Below, piece by piece: positions 7,325 to 15,355 of a stretch of DNA of 17,261 nt (position 1 is the first letter of the stretch; every line of letters begins with the position of its first letter). Location: positions 1 through 17,261 of the forward strand of contig JBKPAK010000253.1 of assembly GCA_046726415.1 (NCBI GenBank). The letters run 5' to 3'. A program made the translations under genes and the position numbers. The notes beneath the pieces are model-generated. The model did no database searches. It had not been told where the DNA came from and worked only from the letters and a program-made list of their open reading frames with translations. This DNA is from Candidatus Methylomirabilota bacterium. GTDB taxonomy: Bacteria > Methylomirabilota > Methylomirabilia > Rokubacteriales > CSP1-6.

Positions 7325-8766
7325 CAGGCTTCTCGCGTTAGCGGAGCGCTTCGGCCGAATGTCAACAAATAGATGATCAGCCCCACCGCCACTGGCGCAA
7401 CCCCCAACAGCGCCAACTCCCGCGCGTAATCCAAACTGCTGTAAAGCATAAACGCGCACGTGGCGCAGAATCCCAGCGGCGGCAACGGATACCACGGCAC
7501 GCTAAACGGCCGCTCTCTCCCGGGATTCCGCCACCGCAGCACCATCAGTCCTACGCCCACCGCCAGGAACAGCGTCCAGAATACCGGCGCCGTCGCCGCC
7601 AGCAGCGTTTCAAAACCGCCGTAGTACTGGTCCCACGGAAGGACCGGCGCGCCAACCGCGCGAAGCGCCGCGTCAATCGCGCCGCGGCCCCCCTCCGTCC
7701 CCACGCCGAACACCATCGCCAGCGTGACCGCCGCCTGCGCCGCAATCGCCGCCACCGGCGCACCTTCGCGCGGATCGCGTCCCAGCCAGCCAAACAGCCG
7801 ATGGTCGGCCCCAAACACCGCGAACACCCGCGACCCCGCAAAGATCATCCCGTTGATCGCCCCCAACGCGGAGATCATCACCAGCGCGCCGACCAGATCT
7901 CCCGCTACCTCGCCCATGACGGACGTTAGCGCGTCAACGGCCGGCGTTTCACTCGCGCCCAGTCCATCAAACCCAAGCGACGCCAGATACGCGCCGTTCA
8001 TCGCCAGGTAAATGAGCGTCACCCCTGCGACGCCCCCCAGCAGCGCCAACGGCACGTTCCTCCGCCGATCGCGAACCTCCGCCGCCACAAACGCGGCGTC
8101 ATTCCATCCGCCGTACGTATACAGCACAAACACCATCGCCAGTCCGAACGATCCCGCTCCCGCGAAAGGAACACGAAGGGGAGGGATTTCCGTCGCAGTC
8201 ACTTCACGACCAAGTATGGCAGCGATCACCCCCGCCACCACCACCCCCGTCAGCCCCGCCACCTTCGCCACAGTGAGAGCGTTCTGCGTCCACTTGCCCG
8301 CCGTCAGCCCCGCCATGTTCACCAGCGCCACCGCAATCACCGCGACCGCCGCCAACCACACGGTCGCCGACGACTCCAACCTCAGCACGCGCGTCCCATA
8401 ATCCCCGAAGGTGTAGGCCATCGTCCCGACGCTGGCCGTCCACACCGCCACCAATTGGGCCCAGCCGAAGATGAACCCGGCCCACCGCCCGTACGCCTGC
8501 GTGAGGTATTCGTAGTCGCCCCCCGAACGGGCGTACGTCGTCGCCAGCTCGGCGTAGCACAGCGCCCCTACCAGCGACAACACGCCGCCCAAGAGCCACG
8601 CCCCCAGACCCTGCCACGGCCCGCCGGCGTTATCAAACACCAAGGGCGACACGCGAAAGATCGACGTGCCCACGACGATCCCGATCACGAGGCTCACCGC
8701 GTCCCACAGCCCCAGCCGCGGCTCGCGATCTGCGCGCTTATCGTTCATTCGCTCATCGCTTGTCAT
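7324..8766 (-). CDS. APC-superfamily amino acid permease
   Basis: LGLWDAVSLVIGIVVGTSIF, GALCYAELAT...SGGDYEYL..AYG, YTYGGWN...AAEVRD..RNVP, LRWRNP..ERPFSVPWYP, with multiple hydrophobic segments. Alternative start ATG 8748. Confidence 0.93.
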   Translation of the reverse strand: MTSDERMNDKRADREPRLGLWDAVSLVIGIVVGTSIFRVSPLVFDNAGGPWQGLGAWLLGGVLSLVGALCYAELATTYARSGGDYEYLTQAYGRWAGFIFGWAQLVAVWTASVGTMAYTFGDYGTRVLRLESSATVWLAAVAVIAVALVNMAGLTAGKWTQNALTVAKVAGLTGVVVAGVIAAILGREVTATEIPPLRVPFAGAGSFGLAMVFVLYTYGGWNDAAFVAAEVRDRRRNVPLALLGGVAGVTLIYLAMNGAYLASLGFDGLGASETPAVDALTSVMGEVAGDLVGALVMISALGAINGMIFAGSRVFAVFGADHRLFGWLGRDPREGAPVAAIAAQAAVTLAMVFGVGTEGGRGAIDAALRAVGAPVLPWDQYYGGFETLLAATAPVFWTLFLAVGVGLMVLRWRNPGRERPFSVPWYPLPPLGFCATCAFMLYSSLDYARELALLGVAPVAVGLIIYLLTFGRSAPLTREA

Positions 8767-8879
8767 GCCGCGCAGCCGCCCGGCTCAAAGGTCGAAAACG
8801 CCAAGGCGCCCGCCGTTCAAGCACAACAAAAAGAATCGTGAAAAGTGGAAAGTAGCCCGCGATAGCGTATGAGAACTCG

Positions 8880-8999
8880 TTTGGTGGCGAAGGTCTTCGC
8901 CTGGCTGTCCGCGTCGGTCGGTGCCAGGGGCACGGTGGCGCAGCCGGTGAGCAGAAGTCCGAGGAGAATGCCGAATCCGATGCTTCCAAGCATCTTCAC
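8880..8999 (-). pseudogene. Truncated lipoprotein N-terminus (DUF2846-like)
   Basis: AAGGAGG RBS then GTG 8999: MKMLGSIGFGILLGLLLTG-CATVPLAPTDADSQAKTFATK. It has a lipobox LTGC and the CAxVP.A....D..AK.F pattern, and similarity ends after ~40 codons. Confidence 0.6.
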
Positions 9000-9391
9000 G
9001 ACGCGCCTCCTTTGGTCTCGCCGTCGAGCGATTGGCCACGCTACCGGCGTCACGCGCCGCTGCCCATATCGCCCCAATCATCGGCCAGCCAATCTGTCGT
9101 GCTAAGGCGCCACACGTACCGTCCACGCCTCCAGCCGGCCAGGCCGCGAGCTGATCCGTCGGCCCTGGGCTGGCCCGGCTCCGTGAGGTCCGCTGCCCCG
9201 TCTACTCCGCCATCCTCGATGGCGAGTTGTGGCTGGCGACGGCAGCGAGGGCATCCACGCCATGCCGAAGGAGCAGACGTCGACCCTGTGGCGGCGCCGA
9301 GGTGGTCGTCGATGATGGTGGTGGCTATCCGTGTGTCTGGGAATTTCGGCGCCTGGCGGCCTGGAATCTTCGGCGTTCGCCGGAGCACGGC

Positions 9392-9466
9392 GGTCGTCGT
9401 CTGCCCGATCGGGAGCTCGGCAGGCTTGGAGCCCTTGAGGAGACGCGACGCGTGGCCAGCGGCGTC
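9392..9466 (-). pseudogene. ABC_sub_bind (DUF534-type) substrate-binding protein shard
   Basis: My minus-strand translation DAAGHASRLLKGSKPAELPIGQTTT resembles the family motif AAxYVDKILKGAKPADLPVEQPT. Confidence 0.55.
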
Positions 9467-9525
9467 TATCTACTCGTGCGGGGCACGCTCGTCCGCCCTA
9501 CAGCAGAAAGAACCGCGCGCGACCC

Positions 9526-9656
9526 CTGCGGGTCATCGCCACCGTCCAGGACCCCGCGGTGGTGCGCGCCATCCTCGCCCACATCGAGTTGGCGCCGGGC
9601 CCCGACAACCCCGGCCTGGCCCCGCCGCGCCCGAGCACACCACGGCCACCGAGTAA
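9526..9656 (+). mobile_element. IS91-like (Y2/rolling-circle) transposase C-terminal tail
   Basis: LRVIATVQDPAVVRAILAHIELAPGPDNPGLAPP matches the (M/L)RVIAxIxDPxVxxxILxHL...(R/P)APP tail. The following ~200 bp of non-coding DNA may be the element's 3' end. Confidence 0.65.
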
Positions 9657-10425
9657 CGCGCCCGGAGGCCCGCGGAGCGCTCGGCGGTCTGCCCGATCGA
9701 CGCTGGCGACCGCCGCCAGGGCCGCCCTCAGCCCCCCTCACTCGGCCCTTGACGACGTCCCGATAGCCTGAGCACTCCCCTGCGAGAACCGCCTCACCGC
9801 CCGGTGTCTGGCGTCGGGACGGTGACGCCGACCGCTTGGTCGATCGCTGGCACGTATTCCTGCTTGGTACGCGCACTCACGATGGCTCTCTCCATAGTAA
9901 ACTCGCGTAGAAGCTAGCCATGAAGCCGACGCTCTATTCCCCCTGACGCGCGGGGAGGCGAAGCGAGGATCGGTCCATGGAGCTCCTGCTCACGCCCTTC
10001 ACGGAGCCCGACCTGCGGCTCGCCGCCTTTGGCGACGGCACGCCGCGAACCTCGCCACCCGTGCGGACAAGCACGATCGGGAGGGGAGCTCTCTCGTCGA
10101 GAACATCGCCTCGGGCAGCGGCCATTTCGGCAATAGCGGGCTCTGCGCGTCTACCGGAATGCGCGTGCGGGCGCCTTCGTGCAGCCCCTATCGCCGAGCG
10201 AGGCCTTCCAGGAGATCGGAAGGGGACGCGCGCCTGGATTCGAACACAGAGAGCGGAGCGACTCGTCCACGAGGGCCCTCCGTGTCGGGTCGCGTGCTGT
10301 TGGCGCTGCTCGCGTGGGGGACGCGCGCCACCGCTGGCGCGGCGAGGCGCCCCGGTTCGCTGCTCGAAGCGATCTCAGTTCAGTGAACGAAGACGCTGCG
10401 CTCGCTAACGGAAGGAGGACGGCCG

Positions 10426-11697
10426 ATGCGAATCGACTATCTGCTGCGTCACCTCGAGCTTCAAAGGCTGGACCGCCGAGAAGCCTTAGGGTTCATGGCC
10501 AAGGCAGGAGTGACCGGCGCGCTCGCCAGTCTAGGATTGAGCCAGGAAGGCGCCCCGGCTGAGGCGGCCCAGAGTCGATGTTCCCCCCAGTCATTCGATG
10601 ACGAGATTTTCGACGTCCAAGGGGTCCTGAACGGCGCCTGGGATGACACCGCGTTCTTTCAGCGAGGCGACCAGCGCGGGACCTTCCAGTTAGTAACGCC
10701 GGAGAAGACGCGCGACGCTTTGAAGATCCTCAACCGCAGTAGGCCCGTGAAGACGTACAACCTCGGCGAGCTCATGTTCAACGGCTTCCCGGCCTTTACC
10801 ACGACGCCGCCCCGGCTGTACAACCAGACCCTCACGGTGCTCGGTTACTCGCCGCCGGCCGACTTCCAGGGCGTGCTCCAGTCGGCGACGCCGCTGGGCG
10901 TCAACCTGCTCAGCGGCCACGAGGAACGCTTCCGGGTTACCGACGGCTCGGCTCCATTCACGGGCACTTACCAGATCGCCACCCAGCTCGACAACCTCAA
11001 CCACATCGGCGTCGGCCCTGTCTTCTACGGCGGTCACCGTGGTCCCGACCTCGCGAAGACCTGGGGCACCAGCAAGCTTGGCAACGAGAACATGGGCCCG
11101 ATCGTGACCCGCGGCGTCCTGCTGGACGTCTTGGGAGCCAAGCTGGCCCAAGACGCCGACGTGATCGAGTTCGCGACCAACGGACGGCCTCACCTCGCCC
11201 CGACTTATCGGATTACCGTGGAGGACCTTGTCGAGGCCATGGATATGGGGAAGATCAAACTCATCGAGCCTGGCGACGTCGTCCTCATCCGCACAGGTTG
11301 GAACCAGTTGGTCAACCCCAAGGATCCCACCGGTCATGCCCCCGACGATCCGGGCCATCTCGGCCACCCCGACCATGTCAAGTATCTCGCCTCCGAGCCG
11401 GGAATCTTCCTGCGCGAGGCGCGCTGGCTGGCCTGTCACCGTCCAGCCATCGTCGGCGGGGACACCTGGGGGCTTGAGGTGGTCGGAAATCCAGTCTCGG
11501 GCCCCAATGCGTTTCCGGTCCATCAGCACCTGCTGACGTTCTCCGGCATCCGGATCGGCGAGGCGATCGTCACTGACGAACTGGCGGAGGATGGCGTGTT
11601 CGAATTCGTGTACATCGTCACGCCCCAGTTCGCCCTGGGGGCGACGGCGGGGAATACACCCCCGACCGCCCTCGGGCAGCCCAGGAAGCACCACTAA
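10426..11697 (+). CDS. Cyclase-family (kynurenine formamidase-like) metal-dependent hydrolase with Tat-like signal
   Basis: GGAAGGAGG RBS. DRREALGF...AEAA signal. Motifs GDQRGT, QIATQLDNLNH, IVTRGVLLDV, IEPGDVVLIRTGW, EPGI, VGGDTWGLE, FPVHQHLL...GE and GATAG (423 aa). Confidence 0.88.
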   Translation: MRIDYLLRHLELQRLDRREALGFMAKAGVTGALASLGLSQEGAPAEAAQSRCSPQSFDDEIFDVQGVLNGAWDDTAFFQRGDQRGTFQLVTPEKTRDALKILNRSRPVKTYNLGELMFNGFPAFTTTPPRLYNQTLTVLGYSPPADFQGVLQSATPLGVNLLSGHEERFRVTDGSAPFTGTYQIATQLDNLNHIGVGPVFYGGHRGPDLAKTWGTSKLGNENMGPIVTRGVLLDVLGAKLAQDADVIEFATNGRPHLAPTYRITVEDLVEAMDMGKIKLIEPGDVVLIRTGWNQLVNPKDPTGHAPDDPGHLGHPDHVKYLASEPGIFLREARWLACHRPAIVGGDTWGLEVVGNPVSGPNAFPVHQHLLTFSGIRIGEAIVTDELAEDGVFEFVYIVTPQFALGATAGNTPPTALGQPRKHH

Positions 11698-11699
11698 AT

Positions 11700-12075
11700 T
11701 CAGGACTCCTGACATGGGCGCAGGAGTTTATGCAGCACCGACGCTTCATAGACCAGTCAGGCTCGTTCCCGGGTACTGAAGCTCGAGCGCGTTGAGTGTC
11801 GCGCACACGTGGGCCAGGGCCTGGTTGCTGCGCGGGTTCGCCAGGGAATGCAGGCGAATCCGCAGGTGCTGAGCGTCCGGAAGGACGTCCACGCTCGACG
11901 ACAGCATTTCGCGGAGGAGCGCTCGGCCTTCGTCGTCGGTCCTGGCGTAATGGGGCGCGAGGCATCGGACCAAGGCCGTCTCGGCTCGATAGGCGACCAT
12001 CTTGATGGTGTCGGTCAGGTGCTTGGCTTCAGGGCCGAACTTGACGATCTCCTCCTCGTCCATCACCGCCTTGCC
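11700..12075 (-). mobile_element. Putative transposase C-terminal fragment with probable element terminus
   Basis: KHLTDTIKMVAYRAETALVRCLAPHYARTDDEGRALLREM...LRIRLHSLANPRSNQALAHVCATLN...YPGT is recognised as an unclassified (ISNCY-like) transposase tail. After a frameshift near 11755 it continues LVYEASVLHKLLRPCQES* to a stop at 11700-11702. Confidence 0.7.
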
Positions 12076-12290
12076 CTGCGCAACCTTGGCCGGGCCACCG
12101 TGCGCTTGTACACGGCGAGCTGCTGACGCAAGGCGAGGTTCTCGAGGGCAAGCTGGCGATGACCGCCGCAGAGGACTGGGAGGACTCGGAGCAGGTAGAG
12201 CAGCAGCGTGATCATCGAGATGGAATTGTGTACAGATGAGAGCCGCCGGATCAACCACTGGTGCACCGGCCAGGGTTATGGCGAAGGACA
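12075..12290 (-). mobile_element. IS481-like element left-end relic, copy 3 (intact TGT terminus plus first ~47 codons)
   Basis: The minus strand starts TGTCCTTCGCCATAACCC at 12290. ATG 12215 gives MITLLLYLLRVLPVLCGGHRQLALENLALRQQLAVYKRTVARPRLRR. Confidence 0.8.
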
Positions 12291-12369
12291 GCGGAAACGG
12301 TGGGACGCCGCCGGACCTGTACACGACCGCGCTCGCCCTTACTCTACCCACGAAACGGCTTCCCGCGGT

Positions 12370-12585
12370 CTTGTCAAGGGCGTTGACCCACCGCTTCCCC
12401 TTCTTGGGTATCCACCGGGCGTAGTGGCGCAGCGTGGTGGTTGGGTTGGCGTGGCCGAGCTGTGCGCTCACGTAGGTGAGTGGCGCGCTGTCGGCCAGCA
12501 GCAGGCTCGCGTACGTGTGGCGAAGATCGTACACATGGTGATGCGGAAGCCTAGCTCGCTTCAACAGACGCCGGAAGATGCGCCC
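12370..12585 (-). mobile_element. Tyrosine integrase C-terminal fragment
   Basis: RIFRRLLKRARLPHHHVYDLRHTYASLLL...VSAQLGHANPTTTLRHYARW carries box II (x-x-LRH, LGH, catalytic Tyr). Box I and the N-terminal domains are absent. Confidence 0.88.
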
Positions 12586-12593
12586 GTGGCGCC

Positions 12594-12683
12594 GTGAACA
12601 CCATCGATGACGTCTCGCTGCTGGTCTCCAAGATCGAGGCAGACGGCAAGGGCATCCCGGTATTGCTCCGACAGTACCTGCGC
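12594..12683 (+). pseudogene. Shard of a GNAT/lysophospholipid acyltransferase (OlsB/hemolysin-like) C-terminus
   Basis: IDDVSLLVSKIEADGKGIPVLLRQYLR matches the ...IExDxKGVPVLLRQYLKL motif. About 30 aa only. Confidence 0.55.
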
Positions 12684-12749
12684 TTTCCCTCGACCTTCCT
12701 CGGCCTCCCGAAGATCCTGAGTTTTCGGACCCTGTCGTCCTCTTTCACT

Positions 12750-13790
12750 TCATGGGCAGAGTTGTGGGGAGATCGTGAAGGGCGGTATGTCTTGTTGGCA
12801 GGTGGCTCCCACGGGCGGGAGAGTGCCCTCGATGAGGTAGCGGCTCGCGTGCTCGTTGATGCACGTGCTGGGGTTGCCCAGCGCGGTGTGCCCATAGCCC
12901 TCAAGGGTGAGCAGACGGGCGTCAGCCAGTTCGCGGACCATGGCCTCCGCGTCGTGAAAAGACGTGGCGGGATCGAAGGTGGGGTTGATCACGAGGATGG
13001 GGTTGGCCGTGGGGCGGTTCCAGGGGCCGGCGTACGGGTTGGCTGCTCTGGCGGGCCAGGTCGCACACGGCTCGTAGTGCCACGTCCACCAGCGTCCCAC
13101 GTCACCCGCCCTGGCGTAGCTGAACCACTCTTGGATTAGGTAGCTGCCCGGGCGACGCGGATTGGGGCTCTCGGAGCACACCACGGCATACTCGAACTCA
13201 AATCCAGGGTAGGGGGGGCGGGCCTTTCGGAGGTGGCGGCGGTGCCGGGGTACGGCCCTCCCACAGGGTCTGCAGGGTTTTGGCGAGGCAGGTCCACAGA
13301 GGGACTTCGTAAAGGCCATTTGCCACGGCGTCGACGGTCTTGCCGTAGGTCCAGGCGCCATCGGAGTGGTGTTGAAGGCGCGACATCAGCTTATCGAACT
13401 TTCGCCGGGTCGCGCTCGGGTTCCCGGCGGAGAACTTGCACCGTTCGGTGGGGGCGTGGCCACAGTGTTGGATGAACTGGTCCAGCGTTGCCGCCGCGGT
13501 CAGGTCCGAGCCCAATCGCAGGCCGGAGATGAGGCGGGGTGGGCGGTCGGCGCCCGTATTCATGTACGCCGCCGGGTCGACGTTGCCGTCGAGGATCAAC
13601 GCGCGAACATGGCCGGGGAAGAGGTTGGCATAGGTCGCGCCCAGGAAGGTCCCGTAGGAGATTCTATAATAGGTGAGCTGCGTGTCCCCCACGGCCTGGC
13701 GGAGTAGGTCCAGATCGCGCGCGGTGTCGGCGGTTGAGACGTAACGCGGGAGCTCAGGGTCACGCTCCAAGCAGCGCTGGCTGAATCCTG
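12750..13790 (-). pseudogene. TAP-like alpha/beta hydrolase pseudogene (5'-truncated, frameshifted)
   Basis: STADTARDLDLLRQAVGD.QLTYYRISYGTFLGATYANLFP...LILDG in ORF 13198-13770 continues in a second frame as AVVCSE...ILVINPTFDPAT...LTLEGYGH (ORF 12750-13361). The shift lies at the G7 run 13212-13218. GxSYG reads RISYG. Confidence 0.85.
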
Positions 13791-13796
13791 AGGGAG

Positions 13797-13959
13797 TCGG
13801 CCCTGCTCGGCGTCGTCCTCATCATCGCGCCGGGCGCGGGAGGTTCTCGCGGTGCTATGGTTGAATGGCTCCGTGGCGCTCGTGGCCGGCATCCTGATGA
13901 TCGCGCTCGGCTTCCGGCTCAAGGGTATGAAGGACACTGTCGTTCGTTATGGCAGGTAG
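13797..13959 (+). pseudogene. HdeD/DUF308-family membrane protein C-terminal fragment
   Basis: My translation is SALLGVVLIIAPGAG/(+1 shift)/VLAVLWLNGSVALVAGILMIALGFRLKGMKD...*, which matches the P.AGAL...WLIG..A...GI..I.LGFRL tail. Confidence 0.65.
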
Positions 13960-13990
13960 CGGCGTGACGCTCCGTGCGTGGAGAAAGATC

Positions 13991-15355
13991 ATGAAAGGTC
14001 GGATCCGGACCATCGCGGCCCGAAGCGTGCCGATCGCGCTCGCGATCTTGCTCGCGGCACCACCGCTTCCCCGGGCTCAGCAGGCTCCGCCGGCTCCACA
14101 AGCCCAGCCGCAGGCGAGCGATAACGACGTCCAGCCCTTCAAGCCGGAGGAGCTCGAGCAGATCGTGGCGCCGATCGCGCTCTACCCGGATCCCCTGGTC
14201 GCGCAGGTCATGATGGCTGCGACGTACCCGCTCGAGGTGATCCAGGCGGCCCGATTCGTGAAGGCCAACCCGAACCTCAAGGACGCGGCGCTCAACGAAG
14301 AGCTGAAGAAATACGACTGGGACGACAGCGTGAAGTCGCTGGTCAGCTTCCCGCAGACTCTCGAGCTCATGAACGAGAAGATCGACTGGATGCAGAAGCT
14401 CGGCGATGCCTTCCTCGATCAGAGGAAGGAAACCATGGACGCTATCCAGCGCCTGCGTGCGAAGGCGCAGGCGCAGGGCAATCTGCAGTCGAACGAGCAG
14501 CAGAAGGTCATCGTCGAGCCGGCGGCGGCGCAGCCGGCGCAACCAGGGCAGCCGGCGCCGCCGGCGGTGCAAACCGTTATCAAGATCGAGCCGGCGAATC
14601 CGCAGGTGATCTACGTACCGAGCTACAGCCCGACCGTCGTCTACGGATCTTGGCCGTACCCCGCCTATCCGCCTTACTACCCCTACCCACCCGGGTACGC
14701 CTGGGGCGCGGCGGCGATCTCGTTCGGTGTGGGGATGGCCGTCGGCGCCGCGGTCTGGGGCGGCTGTAACTGGGGTGGCGGCGACGTCGACATCGACGTA
14801 AACAAGTCCAACAACTTCACCAACAACGTGAACCGCGGCGACCGAGCCACGCAGATCAAGAACGAGCGGGGCAGCGGCCAGGGCGGCAAGGAATCGTTCA
14901 AACACAATCCTGAGCACCGCAAGGGAGCCCAGTATCGCGACAAGGGCACCCAGCAGAAGTACGGCCGCGGCAGCAGTCCGCAGGCCGGTACGCGCGACGC
15001 GTACCGCGGCCGAGCCGACCAGGGCGGCGGCCGGCAGGACGCTGGTCGCGGTGGGGGTCCGACGGCGGGCACTCGCGAGAGCGGCGCGGGCGCCGCGCAA
15101 CGGGGCGGCGGGCATGAGGCTGGAGCGTTCCAAGGCATGGGGCAAGGTCGTGAGACGCGCGCCGATAGCCAGCGTGGCCAATCCAGCGTGAGCGCGTCTC
15201 GCGCCAGCGGCCACACTGCCGGTGGCGGCGGTGGTAGCCGAGGGGGCGGCAGCAGCTTCAGCGGTGGCGGTGGCAGCCGAGGGGGCGGGGGCTCCGGCGG
15301 CCGTGGTGGTGGCGGCGGCAGGGGCGGCGGCGGGAGAGGCGGAGGGCGGCGATGA
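13991..15355 (+). CDS. DUF3300 domain-containing protein with signal peptide and Gly/Arg-rich tail
   Basis: GGAGA RBS then ATG 13991. ELEQIVAPIALYPDPLVAQVMMAATYPLEV, WDDSVKSL..FP, LGDAFL.Q....MDAIQRLR, IEPANPQVIYVP.Y.P.VVYG.W, FKHNPEHRKG..YRD. Confidence 0.9.
   Translation: MKGRIRTIAARSVPIALAILLAAPPLPRAQQAPPAPQAQPQASDNDVQPFKPEELEQIVAPIALYPDPLVAQVMMAATYPLEVIQAARFVKANPNLKDAALNEELKKYDWDDSVKSLVSFPQTLELMNEKIDWMQKLGDAFLDQRKETMDAIQRLRAKAQAQGNLQSNEQQKVIVEPAAAQPAQPGQPAPPAVQTVIKIEPANPQVIYVPSYSPTVVYGSWPYPAYPPYYPYPPGYAWGAAAISFGVGMAVGAAVWGGCNWGGGDVDIDVNKSNNFTNNVNRGDRATQIKNERGSGQGGKESFKHNPEHRKGAQYRDKGTQQKYGRGSSPQAGTRDAYRGRADQGGGRQDAGRGGGPTAGTRESGAGAAQRGGGHEAGAFQGMGQGRETRADSQRGQSSVSASRASGHTAGGGGGSRGGGSSFSGGGGSRGGGGSGGRGGGGGRGGGGRGGGRR

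Noticed and set aside
9339..9376. Short direct repeat GGAATTTCGGCG / GGAATCTTCGGCG
   Set aside because: Only two imperfect copies with no associated feature, so it cannot be distinguished from chance.
9848..9866. Sigma54-like TGGCACG...TGC
   Set aside because: The GG-to-GC spacing is 11 nt rather than the required 10.
9880..10420. ORFs 9977-10408 (+), 9934-10125 (-) and others upstream of the cyclase gene
   Set aside because: No recognisable family motifs and an Arg/Pro/Ser-rich composition typical of non-coding frames. They may hide further shards I cannot identify.
13274..13290. GGGTTTTGGCGAGG resembling the IS481-like terminus
   Set aside because: It lies in-frame within the hydrolase coding sequence (CLAKTL) and lacks the terminal ACA, so it is probably coincidental.
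15220..15352. GGC-rich tandem repeats as a DNA repeat or CRISPR-like array
   Set aside because: They are explained by the Gly/Arg-rich protein tail, and there is no repeat-spacer structure.
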